Source: a virus
DNA: 30,471 nucleotides
IMG/VR virus record: IMGVR_UViG_3300045988_009951
Coordinates: 1 to 30,471 of that record
Reading direction: 5' to 3' (one strand)
The position numbers were made by a program, and so were the translations under genes. Each line of letters opens with the position of its first letter. Position 1 is the stretch's first letter. The notes below the pieces were generated by a model. The model ran no database searches. It was not told the DNA's origin and saw nothing but the letters and a program-made list of their open reading frames with translations. Positions 17,133-27,565 of this stretch are shown in pieces.

Positions 17133-17173
17133 GGCAAAGTCAACCAGATTATGATTTCAGCTATGACGACGCA

Positions 17174-17509
17174 ATGGCCCTGTTGATTGCAAGGCACGGC
17201 ATGAGCTACGCAGAAGCTGCTAGGACAACGCTTGTTGAATTCGAGGTATATAATACCGCCTACGCAATTAAACAAGAGGATATCCGTTTCAATGCAGCAA
17301 TTCAAGCGTGGTATAACCAGACCGTGCAAGCTACCAAAGGCAAGGGCAAAAGTGTTCGCTCAGCTTACCGAACTTTTAATGAGTTTTATGACCATGAAAA
17401 AGAGTTCAGTAAGATATTTAAACCAGAGGACGCTGTGCCTAGAAGTCGAGCGCTCTCGTTAGCTGATAAGAATAGGATCATCAATCAAAAAATGAAAGGG
17501 GGTAGTTAA
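17174..17509 (+). CDS. gpT-like extension of the tail assembly chaperone, probably made as a -1 frameshift fusion with 16791-17132
   Basis: The ORF is in the -1 frame relative to the chaperone gene. That frame is open from 17081, overlapping the chaperone 3' end. There is no Shine-Dalgarno before ATG 17174. The stop overlaps the TMP start (TAATG). Confidence 0.6.
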   Translation: MALLIARHGMSYAEAARTTLVEFEVYNTAYAIKQEDIRFNAAIQAWYNQTVQATKGKGKSVRSAYRTFNEFYDHEKEFSKIFKPEDAVPRSRALSLADKNRIINQKMKGGS

Positions 17510-20500
17510 TGGGAGCATCTTTTGACGTCACCGCCATACTTCGTGCCAATTCAAGCGACTTCACCAACGGTGTCAATGCTGCTAAGTCTGCCCTTGCTGA
17601 TTTAAAAAATCAGTCTGGGGGCATGCTTGCTCAAGTTGGTAGCAGTTTAAAGTCAGTCGGTAGCGCCATGCAGTCAGTCGGAGCCGGGATGACCACGGCT
17701 TTCACATTGCCAATGGTTGGTGGGTTAACTGCCGTCATCAAAGGCTATGCAGATCTTGAGCAATCGTTGGGTGGTGTTTCTACGCTGTTCAAACAGAATG
17801 GGTCAAGCGTCAATACACTGGCCAGAGACTACGGCATGACCAGACAGCAAGCCCAAGCGCTCTATAACACAATGGACCGTGAGGGGACCAACGTCATTGA
17901 GAACGCCAACCGAGCCTATAGGACGGCTGGTGTGTCTGCTAACCGATACATGGAGCAGGTAACGTCTTTCTCAGCTACCTTGTTGCAAGGTCTAGGCGGT
18001 GATACTGCCAAGGCTGCAAAATACGGGGATAAAGCCCTTGTCCAAATGTCAGATAATGCGAATAAATTCGGTACTAACATGACGGACATTCAAAACGCTT
18101 ACCAAGGCTTTGCCAAAGACAACTATTCAATGTTGGACAACTTGAAACTTGGTTATGGTGGTACCATGTCCGAAATGGCTCGTTTGGTCAATGAATCTGG
18201 TGTCTTGAATGGTGAATTTGAAGCTACGGCTGACAATATCCGTGATATTCCATTTCATACCTTGATTGATGCCATCGGTATTACTCAAGATAGATTGGGA
18301 GTTACCGGAACGACTGCTAAAGAAGCAAGTACAACCGTTTCGGGTTCGTTTAATTCCATGAAAGCAGCCGCTGAGAACTTAGTGGCCGGCCTTGGTAACA
18401 ACGAAGCTAATATCAAGCAGCTTATGGAAAACATGAAGCAGACTATCATCACGTTTAAAGACAATGTGGTTCGTGTTCTAGGGACTATCTGGGACAATCT
18501 GCCAGTGGACGGCTGGGTTAAATGGGCAGCGCTTATCGTTGGAGCAGCGGGGCCTATTATCACAGTGCTTGGGACCTTAATCATTTGGGTTGGGAATGTC
18601 GTTTCTGCACTAAGCACAATTGGTGGTGCTATCAGCTCGCTTGCTGGGTTCTTCTCAAGTGGTACCGCAGCAGTAGAAGGCTTTTCAATGGCTTTTGAAG
18701 GTGGCGAAGCCATGATGGTTTCATTTGGTAGTGCTGCCAGTGGTGTTTCTGCTGCTGCCCTTGCTGCGTTCGCTGGGATTGCGTTAGCGGTTGGGATGGT
18801 AGTAGCTGCGCTTGTTGATTTGTGGAACAATAACGAGAATTTCCGTTCGCAAGTTATTGCAATTTGGGAAACTATCAAGAGTGCGATCACTAACGCCGTT
18901 CAAGCCATTGTGTCGTTTGTTATGTCAATATGGGGCCAGTTAACGTCATTCTGGAACGAAAACCACGCCTTGATTATGCAGACGGCGACGACTTACTGGA
19001 ACATGTTCAAGAGCATGATTGAGAATGTCATGAACGCTATTCTTCCAGTCGTTCAAACTGGATTGAATTTGTTGATTACGCTGTTCTCAACGAGCTGGCA
19101 AATGATCACAACGGTCATTTCAACAGTCATTGAAGTTATTCTCAACATCATCAAGATGGGCATGCAGATTTTACAAGGCGACTGGTCTGGAGCGTGGGAA
19201 ACGTTCAAAACCATCTTGTCTACTGTGTGGGAAGGTATCAAGTCGCTTGTTTCAACCGGTATCAATGCTATTGGTCCGATTATCCAAGCGGGGATAGATT
19301 TCATCCGTGCGATTTGGGATGCAGCGTGGGCGTTGTTAGCTGTTCCATTCCAAGCACTTTGGGCATTACTTCAACAAATCGCTGGCGGAGCTATGACTGC
19401 CATTAGCGGTGTGATTAGTGCCGGGATTGCCGTGATTCAATCCATTTGGTCAGCAGCATGGACAGTTATCCAGACAGTGTTCTCAACCGTTTGGAACACA
19501 ATCATGTCTATTCTGTCACCTATCATGACCGGTATCTCAAGCATTATTTCAAGCACCTTGTCAGCTATCCAAGCGATTTGGAACGCTATCTGGACGGGTA
19601 TCCAAGCTGTTTTAGCTGGTGTATTAGCTGCTATTGTCGGATTGGTTACTGGTAACTTCTCGCAGGTTCAGGCGGCTATTTCGTCAATTATGTCAGCTAT
19701 TCAAGCCACTATCAGTGCGATTTGGAACGCCATCTTGTCGCTTATCAGCAGCGTATTGAGTGCGATTGCTAGCACTGTATCAAGTACATGGGCAGCGATT
19801 CAATCAGCGATTTCAAGTGCCATGAGTTCTGTTCAGAGCATTATCAGCTCAGCTTGGAGCACTGTTAGATCAGCAGTATCAAGTGCCATGAGCTCTATTC
19901 AGTCAGCTATCACTAGCGGATTTAGTGCCGTGGTATCAGCGGTATCAAGTGCCGGTCAGCGTATCATTTCAGCGGTCCGCTCAGCGTTCAGCGGTGCTCT
20001 TAGTGCAGCCCGTGGATTCGTCGGGCAAGCTGCAAGCGTCGGTGCTAACCTTATTAGCGGTTTCGTTAGCGGGGTTACATCCGCAGCCGGCAAGCTGATT
20101 TCAGCGGTTAAAGGTGCGGTAAGTAATGCGATTAATGGAGCTAAAGCCTTGCTTGGTATCAAATCACCATCCCGTGTATTCCGTCAGTTCGGTATCTATA
20201 CGGACAAAGGTTTCATCATTGGTGTCGATAGCAAAGCGGACCAAGTAGCCCGTTCAATGCGCTATATGGCCCAAGGAGCTATCGACGCATTCACTGGTCA
20301 AGATATCAACGGGGCTATCACTGATGAGCTTGGTAATATGGACGGCCAGTTAGGTCGATTAGCAGGGTATGATCCATCTGTTTCATTTAACGGCGGTAAG
20401 ATGTCGGTTACTCAACAAGCAGCGGACATCGTGCTTAAAATGGGTGATACAACTTACAGAGCATTTACTGAGGACATCACTAACGCTCAATCAATGGAAT

Positions 20501-20520
20501 TAATGCTTGATAACTATTAA
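17509..20520 (+). CDS. Tail tape measure protein (1003 aa)
   Basis: Size and position. The central ~550 aa is Ala/Ser/Ile-rich, with aromatic residues in a 4/7 (11-residue) rhythm (IWDAAWALLAVPFQALW, IWSAAWTVIQTVFSTVW, IWNAIWTGIQ) and hydrophobic segments. Confidence 0.95.
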   Translation: MGASFDVTAILRANSSDFTNGVNAAKSALADLKNQSGGMLAQVGSSLKSVGSAMQSVGAGMTTAFTLPMVGGLTAVIKGYADLEQSLGGVSTLFKQNGSSVNTLARDYGMTRQQAQALYNTMDREGTNVIENANRAYRTAGVSANRYMEQVTSFSATLLQGLGGDTAKAAKYGDKALVQMSDNANKFGTNMTDIQNAYQGFAKDNYSMLDNLKLGYGGTMSEMARLVNESGVLNGEFEATADNIRDIPFHTLIDAIGITQDRLGVTGTTAKEASTTVSGSFNSMKAAAENLVAGLGNNEANIKQLMENMKQTIITFKDNVVRVLGTIWDNLPVDGWVKWAALIVGAAGPIITVLGTLIIWVGNVVSALSTIGGAISSLAGFFSSGTAAVEGFSMAFEGGEAMMVSFGSAASGVSAAALAAFAGIALAVGMVVAALVDLWNNNENFRSQVIAIWETIKSAITNAVQAIVSFVMSIWGQLTSFWNENHALIMQTATTYWNMFKSMIENVMNAILPVVQTGLNLLITLFSTSWQMITTVISTVIEVILNIIKMGMQILQGDWSGAWETFKTILSTVWEGIKSLVSTGINAIGPIIQAGIDFIRAIWDAAWALLAVPFQALWALLQQIAGGAMTAISGVISAGIAVIQSIWSAAWTVIQTVFSTVWNTIMSILSPIMTGISSIISSTLSAIQAIWNAIWTGIQAVLAGVLAAIVGLVTGNFSQVQAAISSIMSAIQATISAIWNAILSLISSVLSAIASTVSSTWAAIQSAISSAMSSVQSIISSAWSTVRSAVSSAMSSIQSAITSGFSAVVSAVSSAGQRIISAVRSAFSGALSAARGFVGQAASVGANLISGFVSGVTSAAGKLISAVKGAVSNAINGAKALLGIKSPSRVFRQFGIYTDKGFIIGVDSKADQVARSMRYMAQGAIDAFTGQDINGAITDELGNMDGQLGRLAGYDPSVSFNGGKMSVTQQAADIVLKMGDTTYRAFTEDITNAQSMELMLDNY

Positions 20521-20542
20521 GAGAGAAAAGAGGTTTTAGCTA

Positions 20543-21334
20543 ATGTATGATTATGCTTCATTGAAGCGCACGGAATCAACGGTGCTGCAAAGAGCGCCAG
20601 TTGATAACATGCGTATCAACGGGACGCCTATAGAGGATACCATCCAAGGATATCGACAGCTTACAGTTAAGGGTCGCTCGTTGCTTAACCGTGAGATTTC
20701 AACTACTAGAGTTCCCGGGCGCCGTGGTGTCTGGGTGGACAGCGTCAATGACTCAGAGCGTGAGATTGAGGTTAAATACCAGTTAACTACGGTCACTAGC
20801 CAAGTCATGAGAACATCTTTCCGAGAACTTAACCGCATCTTGAGAGAGGTAGGCCCTAGCGGCTATCTCGAAGTAACTTTTGACGATGAGCCGGATTTTA
20901 CTTACTACGCCATTTTTAAAGAAGCGGACGAAGTAGAGGAAGATAGGCTGTCAGTCATTAGCAGTTTTGTTCTGCTAGTGCCAGACGGCTATAAGAAACG
21001 AGTTCCAGAGCGTTCTAACGACGTTGTTTATCTAACTTACGCTAAGAAAGTGATACCTGAGAAGATTGTAGCCGTGACATCGGCAGCGGCGACAGAATTT
21101 GAAATCATCAACGGTCAAACCAAGCTATCGTTTAAGGGTAGCTATGCGGCTAATAAGGAAATCGTCATTAAATTCGGTACCGAAGAAGTGACAGCTACTT
21201 ATGACGGACGTAATATTCTAAGTGAATTGCAACGTTTTAGCCCGCTTGAGCAGTTCTACGTTAAGGACGGCGATAGATTGACCGGAAAGAATGTGACTAT
21301 TCGTGAAGTTCAGTGGAGGGATGAAAGTCTATGA
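20543..21334 (+). CDS. Distal tail protein (Dit, siphovirus tail component)
   Basis: 263 aa, immediately after the TMP gene and overlapping (ATGA) the Tal gene. Confidence 0.8.
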   Translation: MYDYASLKRTESTVLQRAPVDNMRINGTPIEDTIQGYRQLTVKGRSLLNREISTTRVPGRRGVWVDSVNDSEREIEVKYQLTTVTSQVMRTSFRELNRILREVGPSGYLEVTFDDEPDFTYYAIFKEADEVEEDRLSVISSFVLLVPDGYKKRVPERSNDVVYLTYAKKVIPEKIVAVTSAAATEFEIINGQTKLSFKGSYAANKEIVIKFGTEEVTATYDGRNILSELQRFSPLEQFYVKDGDRLTGKNVTIREVQWRDESL

Positions 21335-24300
21335 TCTATTTATTCGATAAGGACGAAAAACTTATCAAGATTGTTCGCAAACCTGCAATTAAGAAGGCTT
21401 TGCAAAAATTCAGCCTAACCACTGAAAACTACATTTCAGACCGCTTGACCGTCGAAATGAAAGCCTTGAAGGATGACGAGCTGGCAAAACTGGAATACAT
21501 GGCTATTCAGTCAATCGACGATACTCATAAATTCCATTACTTCTACATTGCCCAAGGAAACACCAAAGGTGATATCACAACGCTTGTCGGTGTTCAGTCT
21601 GGTATCGAGGAGTTGCGTAAGACAGTAGTTTACGACAAACGCCCAACGGATCAACGTGCTAGACCAGTCATTGAATGGCTTCTTGCTGGCACAAACTGGA
21701 CCCCTCGCTTCATTGCTGAAACAAACCCAAAAAGCACTAATTTCTATTACATTTCCACATTTGACGCTTTGAAAAAAGTGTGCAAGGTGTGGGGCTTAGA
21801 AATGCAGTTCTTTGTTGAAATGAACGGTTCTCAGGTTGGCGCTAGATACATTGATTTCAAGCGTAAGGTTGGTGAAGCCGTTGGAAAGCGTGTGGTCTAT
21901 GGTCACAACGCTCTTGAAATTCTGCAAGAAGTTGAAAAAACAAACCTATACACTGCCTTGGTTGGTCGAGGTAAGGGGGAACAAGTTAGCTCAGCAGAAG
22001 ACACCGGCAAAGATGCCGATGGTTATGGTCGTAAAATCAACTTCGAGGAAATTGTCTGGTCGAAAGCCAAAGGGGACCCACTAGACAAGCCACTTGGTCA
22101 GAAGTATCTTGAAATCCCCGAAATGACCGCTAAATACGGCATTAAACAACCAGACGGCAAGATGCGCCCAAAGATTGGCTTTGCCGAATTTAGTGAGGAA
22201 GAAGACAAGAACGAGCTTATTAAACAGACTTACGAGGCTTTGATTGAGGCTTCCAGACCCAAGCTGACACTTAAAACGTCAACGGTATATCTCAAGGGTG
22301 TTCAAATCGGGGACACTATCCGAGTTGTTCGCCATGACAGACATCTTGATTATGATACACGTATCTTTGAAATCACATTTAACCGCTTAAACAATGAGTC
22401 TAGCGACATCAAGCTGGGAGATCGAGTTAGCGAAAGCAATGACGCAAAGGTACAGAGTACTGTCAACAAAGCTATTGATGAGTTTAAAGCTGGTGAGTTT
22501 ACTGAGTTTGTCAAGAAACTGCCAGAGTTTATCCCATCAGCTAATGGGTTTAACCATAATTGGTACACAAGCACTGATCCAACAGAATCTCACCCTGGAC
22601 AAGTCCTAATCAATGATTCTTGGTACAAACCAGACCCAGAACATGAGGGACACACTATCATGTATCGATGGACCGGTGAAATGTGGCAAGAGGTATTGAG
22701 AACGTGGGACGGTACGGGGCTTCAAGACAAAATCAAGAAAGAGTTTGAGAAAGTCGCAGCTGACATGGCTAAACAGCAATCAGACCACGACAGAGTGGTT
22801 GCTGAAATCACAGCCAAAGCTACTAATGCGGAAACATTAGCTAGTTCAGCTAAATCAACCGCAGAGGACGCTTTTAGCCATCTAAACGACGTCAAGAGTG
22901 AAGCTATCGCAGAAGCACGTTATTTGGACACCGTCGAGCGTGCAGAGACAGAGAAGAAGATTGCTGCATCTAAAAAAGACGCGCTATCAGAAGCTGTCAA
23001 ACTGGTCGACAATGCTAAAAGTACGCTAAACACGGACTTATCAGAAACTGAAAAGAAAGTTGAAGCTCTAAAGGGTTCTATTGGTACATTGTCGAATGAT
23101 ACATCAGTACAGTTTGCCAAAATCAATAACGCCTTGATTTCAGTAGCTAGCAAGCAAGATGTTGACAAAATCAGTCAGCGCGTGTCTAATGCTGAGACGG
23201 TTTTGACACAGCAAGCAGGGCAGATTTCTGCCAAGGCTAGCAAAGAGGATGTCAACACTGTTTCTGGACGTTTAAACAAGGCTGAGAGCTCGTTGACAGT
23301 TCAGGCTGGGCAAATCAGCCAGAAAGCCAACAAGCAGGACGTAGACACGCTGACAGGACGTGTGGATCGTGCTGAAACATCAATCACTCAGCAAGCGGAC
23401 ATGATTGCGTCTAAAGCTAACAAACAAGAGCTTGACAATGTCAATAATCGAGTGTTGAACGCTGAAAGTCGTATCACTCAGCAAGCTAACGAGATTAGTC
23501 AACGAGTGAAAACAAGCGATTTTAACAATGCTACTCAACGACTTGCGACGGCTGAAAGTTCAATCACTCAGCTAGGAAATAAAATCACTACTGAGATTAG
23601 CCGAGTAGACAGCAAGATTCCGACAGATTTTGGCAGTCGTAACTTGATTTTGAAATCAGCAGACTTCGAGAACTTACACCGTCAGCCATCAGGAAGTAAT
23701 GCTACTACCGACGGTCAGGCCTATATCATCGATTCCCAAAACTATCCTAATGATGTTTATGCTGGAATCTCATGGAATATGGCTGTTGAGAAGATTGAAG
23801 CCGGCGAAACATTCTCACTTCTAGCCCCGATTTACATCGACAGCAGCATCGATATTGATTTCGGCGCTAAAATTATGATAAAAAATCATAAAAGTAATGA
23901 TCATTTATTCGTCTATGACATACCGACGGGCGTTAAAGATGAATGGTTTGATGTCAAATTGACGTTTACTACTAGCAAGAGCGTTGAGCTTGGAGAGTGG
24001 CCGTTTTACATATCAGTGGTCAGAAATGGGTATCTGAAAATCAAACCGCCTATGCTGGTTAGAGGGGCACTCATCCCCTTGCAGCATACAGTAGCACCAG
24101 AGGATACCGAAGCCGAAATCAGCACGGTTAAAACGACGATAACACAGACCGAGCAGGGTGTCAGTCAGCTATCACAGAAACAATCTGAAACAGATAGCCG
24201 CATGACTAGCGCTGAAACCAAGGTTGATCAATTGGTCGGTGAAATGTCGTCTAAGGTATCGAAGACAGATTTTGACAAATTGTCCAAGAGCGTAGCGGCT

Positions 24301-26310
24301 AATAGTACCGCAATCACTCAGACAGATAGCAAAATCAGTTTAAAAGCAGACCGGACAGAAGTCCAAACTGCCAAAGCTACGGCTGACAGTGCAGTGTCTA
24401 AAGGTCAAGAGTTAGAGCGTAAAATCAACCAGACTAACGCAGAATTACGTGTTACAGCGGATTCTATCGCTCAAAAGGTTTCAAGAGTTGATTTTGACAA
24501 TCTTGGGAATAAAGTCACTAACGCTGAAACGCAAATCAACACGTTGGCTGGCAAGATTGAAACTAAGCTATCTAGAGTAGACCTAGATAGAACCATTGAT
24601 AGCAGAGGGTTTGTGTCGGCTACTACTGTCACAAATCTCATTCAACAATCAGAGCGAGGGACAACCCAGCTTATTAGCGAGGTTAAGAAACAGATCCCGT
24701 CAATCGGACAGGCCGGTGGTGATAACCTAATTCAGAACTCGGCGTTTCCACAAAATATAGACGGCTGGGGAACATGGGTTTATGGACAAGGAAATAAGAA
24801 TTTATTCGTAGGCAAGCACAGCGCTTACTACAATAACACTAGAGAGCTGCTCCGGTTGTACAATGCAGAAGCTCAACTCACTGCGACAGTGCCAGCGTCC
24901 ACTCGAAGGATTCCTCTAAAGAGAAACACGTCTTATCGAATTAACATATCCATCGTGGGTAGCGATAACTTGGCCGGGGCTGACATTTATTTGCTAGTTA
25001 GAAAAACGGGAGAGACCAAAGACTACACTAACATCTATCACTTGAAGCACATCAACGGTCCAGAGATTAGCACACTTAAGCGGTTTGGCTTAAGTGTTCA
25101 GAACGGAGAATTCGATGAAGGGTATATACGTATTGATAACAGAGGGCGCACGGATGCACAGCCGTCAAACTTGTTCTTTACAGAACTAGATTTTTACGAA
25201 GGTACTATGGACCGTGCTTGGCAACCGTCATCGAAGGATGTAAGCCAAGAGGTTACAGTTAAATTCAATGAAATCAAGTCAACCGTTGACGGTTTCAGCC
25301 GTACCATTGGCGAACATGGGCAGTCTATTTCTCAGATTATCCAAGATGCCAAGGGTACAGTTTGGAAAGTTGATAACCTAGAGGATAAGTGGGCTTTTAA
25401 TCTCGGTGTCACTAACAAGCAACTAGACAAGCTAGACACTGGGCTTGAAGCTACCAAGTCCGAAATGTCTCAGATTGCTGGTTCATGGGCGGTCAAGAAT
25501 TTGACAAGGTCTGGTGATGTACTCAACCAAATCAATCTCAACAAGGACGGCTCAGTTAAAATTGATGGTAAACTGGTTCAAATCACCGGTTCTACTTACA
25601 TCGAGGATGGAGTCATTAGCTCAGCCAAAATCGGAGAGCTTTCAGCAAGTAAAATCACTAGCGGGCGCTTAAACGCTTCACTGGTTGACGTTGTCAATCT
25701 AAACGCTTCAAGCGTAACTAGTGGCACGTTTACTGGTTTAAACTATCGCGGGGGCAAAATAGAAGGGCTTAACGGGTCAATGCGAGTTGACTTAAATCAA
25801 TCTGAGATTCATTTCTACGATAACGCAACGATTGAATTTCACAATAAGGATAACGCGCTGGTTCGACGTAAGGGACCGCACACAGCGTTTGTGCACTTCA
25901 ACGACACACCACCAGACGAAGACCAGAATACCGGTTCGCTGTTTGCGGCGATAGGCGTCACATCTTCTGGAGACGGCATAAATTCAGCGTCATCCGGTCG
26001 TTTTGCTGGGCTTCGTGTGTATCGTGCTGCAAGAGGTTTGGAACATGCCGCAGTTTTTGACCAAGCCGAATTGTACGGCGACAGAATTTTGCTAAAAGAT
26101 GACTTCTACTTTAACCGAGGGTTCTCTTTCCACCCAGCTTCACTTCCCGACGGGCGGTGGATAAATGTTACCAATCTTGCGTTTGCCGCTGCGGCACTCG
26201 CTAGGGTTTGGCAGCATTTTCTAAACGTTGGAGGGAACGGAAAGGATCCTGCATTTATCAACGCTTTAAAAAACGAACAAGCCACTTTTGGGAAAATCGA
26301 CCATTGGTAG
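21331..26310 (+). CDS. Tail-associated / receptor-binding protein (Tal-like N-terminus, coiled-coil repeats, two putative carbohydrate-binding modules, fibre-like C-terminus)
   Basis: The N-terminal ~380 aa resembles the prophage tail endopeptidase (Tal) domain. Two blocks of NAE(S/T)xITQ-type repeats are each followed by a beta-rich module starting (G)xNLIxxSxF. The C-terminus GVISSAKIGELSASKITSGRLNAS is typical of phage fibre proteins. Confidence 0.85.
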   Translation: MIYLFDKDEKLIKIVRKPAIKKALQKFSLTTENYISDRLTVEMKALKDDELAKLEYMAIQSIDDTHKFHYFYIAQGNTKGDITTLVGVQSGIEELRKTVVYDKRPTDQRARPVIEWLLAGTNWTPRFIAETNPKSTNFYYISTFDALKKVCKVWGLEMQFFVEMNGSQVGARYIDFKRKVGEAVGKRVVYGHNALEILQEVEKTNLYTALVGRGKGEQVSSAEDTGKDADGYGRKINFEEIVWSKAKGDPLDKPLGQKYLEIPEMTAKYGIKQPDGKMRPKIGFAEFSEEEDKNELIKQTYEALIEASRPKLTLKTSTVYLKGVQIGDTIRVVRHDRHLDYDTRIFEITFNRLNNESSDIKLGDRVSESNDAKVQSTVNKAIDEFKAGEFTEFVKKLPEFIPSANGFNHNWYTSTDPTESHPGQVLINDSWYKPDPEHEGHTIMYRWTGEMWQEVLRTWDGTGLQDKIKKEFEKVAADMAKQQSDHDRVVAEITAKATNAETLASSAKSTAEDAFSHLNDVKSEAIAEARYLDTVERAETEKKIAASKKDALSEAVKLVDNAKSTLNTDLSETEKKVEALKGSIGTLSNDTSVQFAKINNALISVASKQDVDKISQRVSNAETVLTQQAGQISAKASKEDVNTVSGRLNKAESSLTVQAGQISQKANKQDVDTLTGRVDRAETSITQQADMIASKANKQELDNVNNRVLNAESRITQQANEISQRVKTSDFNNATQRLATAESSITQLGNKITTEISRVDSKIPTDFGSRNLILKSADFENLHRQPSGSNATTDGQAYIIDSQNYPNDVYAGISWNMAVEKIEAGETFSLLAPIYIDSSIDIDFGAKIMIKNHKSNDHLFVYDIPTGVKDEWFDVKLTFTTSKSVELGEWPFYISVVRNGYLKIKPPMLVRGALIPLQHTVAPEDTEAEISTVKTTITQTEQGVSQLSQKQSETDSRMTSAETKVDQLVGEMSSKVSKTDFDKLSKSVAANSTAITQTDSKISLKADRTEVQTAKATADSAVSKGQELERKINQTNAELRVTADSIAQKVSRVDFDNLGNKVTNAETQINTLAGKIETKLSRVDLDRTIDSRGFVSATTVTNLIQQSERGTTQLISEVKKQIPSIGQAGGDNLIQNSAFPQNIDGWGTWVYGQGNKNLFVGKHSAYYNNTRELLRLYNAEAQLTATVPASTRRIPLKRNTSYRINISIVGSDNLAGADIYLLVRKTGETKDYTNIYHLKHINGPEISTLKRFGLSVQNGEFDEGYIRIDNRGRTDAQPSNLFFTELDFYEGTMDRAWQPSSKDVSQEVTVKFNEIKSTVDGFSRTIGEHGQSISQIIQDAKGTVWKVDNLEDKWAFNLGVTNKQLDKLDTGLEATKSEMSQIAGSWAVKNLTRSGDVLNQINLNKDGSVKIDGKLVQITGSTYIEDGVISSAKIGELSASKITSGRLNASLVDVVNLNASSVTSGTFTGLNYRGGKIEGLNGSMRVDLNQSEIHFYDNATIEFHNKDNALVRRKGPHTAFVHFNDTPPDEDQNTGSLFAAIGVTSSGDGINSASSGRFAGLRVYRAARGLEHAAVFDQAELYGDRILLKDDFYFNRGFSFHPASLPDGRWINVTNLAFAAAALARVWQHFLNVGGNGKDPAFINALKNEQATFGKIDHW
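23161..23610 (+). repeat. Five tandem 90-bp (30-aa) coding repeats inside the tail protein gene
   Basis: Units start at 23161, 23251, 23341, 23431 and 23521. Peptide consensus: D(V/F)(D/N)xxxxR(V/L)xxAE(S/T)x(I/L)TQQAxxISxKAxKx. Confidence 0.9.
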
Positions 26311-26323
26311 AAAGGAAACACTA

Positions 26324-26551
26324 ATGAACGAACAAATTTACACTTCAATGATTCAAGACATCGCAAGTCAGAACGCTAATTTGACGATTGAAAAAGCCGA
26401 GTTTAAGGCTCGCTTGCAGTCAACTGTTAGCGAACTTGAGCAAGCCAAATCACAACTAGAGCATTATCAAAATGTACTAGCGTCTGATTCAGACCTTAAC
26501 GACCTCTTTAATGAGGTAGCACAGAAAGGAGTGACGGATGAACAAATCTAA
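26324..26551 (+). CDS. Small coiled-coil phage protein (75 aa)
   Basis: ATG 26324 follows AAAGGAAA. Lies between the tail fibre gene and the lysis genes. No domain recognised. Confidence 0.6.
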   Translation: MNEQIYTSMIQDIASQNANLTIEKAEFKARLQSTVSELEQAKSQLEHYQNVLASDSDLNDLFNEVAQKGVTDEQI

Positions 26552-27137
26552 TTTCAGTGTCACATCAAGTTACTTGACCAATCCGACAACAACAAGGATT
26601 GCTATCCAGTCCAAAGATGGCTCGACGTGGTTGACCCGTGATGTTCCGGGCGACCACACAAGCAAGACGGATGAAGCTAAAATTCAGCTTATCTTGGATA
26701 TCTTAGCGACTGAGTTGGACCCTGCGGGGGCATTGGCACGCTATCAAGCCAAGTCAGAGGAATCAATTAAAGACCTTGACGGCCGCTTGAACTTAGCTGA
26801 GAAAGTAGCTGAACAAGGCGAACTAACTCGTAAAATCGCTAATGTTTCCATTCTCAATGCGGTAATGAGCCAAAATATCCAGTACGGCACAATCTACAAG
26901 CAATATCTGGAATTGTTACCGGTTGCTAAGAAAGGCGATGTATTCAACGCTGGGGATATCTTTGCTATCGAAGCCCCAGACCACGAAGAAGTAGACGGAG
27001 AAGGAAAACTGGTACTTATCCAAGTTAACGGCTCTTTCACTTACGATAATCAACCGTTCGCTGATTTTGCAAAAGGTGGCAAACTAGAAAATAACGGGGT
27101 TGCTACTGCATGGCTATTCAAACCGAAGGAGAATTAA
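26538..27137 (+). CDS. Hypothetical phage protein (199 aa) preceding the holin genes
   Basis: AAAGGAG RBS. Start overlaps the upstream gene. Stop overlaps the holin start (TAATG). Confidence 0.65.
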   Translation: MNKSNFSVTSSYLTNPTTTRIAIQSKDGSTWLTRDVPGDHTSKTDEAKIQLILDILATELDPAGALARYQAKSEESIKDLDGRLNLAEKVAEQGELTRKIANVSILNAVMSQNIQYGTIYKQYLELLPVAKKGDVFNAGDIFAIEAPDHEEVDGEGKLVLIQVNGSFTYDNQPFADFAKGGKLENNGVATAWLFKPKEN

Positions 27138-27565
27138 TGGTACAGAAACCAGACGGCATTTTTGGGCTATTTGATGTAGTCCGAGACTTCTATGCACACG
27201 GTATTGATGAGCACCCGTGGGTTCTTTTTCTCGTCATCGTCATCTTCTCAGACATTGCTGTGGGTGTATCTAGGGCTTGGGCTGCTCACGAACTTTCAAG
27301 TACAAAATTTCGCAAAGGAGCAGTCAGCCACACAGCAATGATTGTGTTTGTGGCAATATTCTATCCGTTTGCAAATTTCATGAATCTGACAAGCATCGTT
27401 GACACTTTTATCTTTGCCATGATAGCCGCTTACGGCTCTAGCATTTTGGCTAGCCTATCGGCATTAGGGGTGGAAATCCCTTATATCGACAAATACGTTA
27501 AGAAAAATATCGATAAAGAGAAATTCTTTTTGAAAGAAGAAAAGGAGAATAACGACAATGATTAA
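27137..27565 (+). CDS. Holin (multi-TM, Phage_holin_4-like)
   Basis: Three to four hydrophobic helices (WVLFLVIVIFSDIAVGV, AMIVFVAIFYPFANF, FIFAMIAAYGSSILASLSAL) and a charged C-terminus. AAGGAG RBS before ATG 27137. Confidence 0.8.
   Translation: MVQKPDGIFGLFDVVRDFYAHGIDEHPWVLFLVIVIFSDIAVGVSRAWAAHELSSTKFRKGAVSHTAMIVFVAIFYPFANFMNLTSIVDTFIFAMIAAYGSSILASLSALGVEIPYIDKYVKKNIDKEKFFLKEEKENNDND

Noticed and set aside
18285-18890. 201-aa minus-strand ORF, plus other minus-strand ORFs at 19053-19304 and 19956-20162, inside the tape measure gene
   Set aside because: These are shadow ORFs antisense to an Ala/Ser-rich (GCN/TCN/AGC) coding region that is depleted of stop codons on the opposite strand. 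They have no RBS and would break an otherwise uniform + strand operon.
27110-27139. Possible dual-start (holin/antiholin) motif, from the in-frame ATG at 27110 nine codons upstream of the holin start at 27137
   Set aside because: The upstream ATG lies inside the preceding gene and has no RBS. ATG 27137 has an ideal AAGGAG at proper spacing and the usual TAATG coupling. The spacing is unlike the classic M-K-M dual start.
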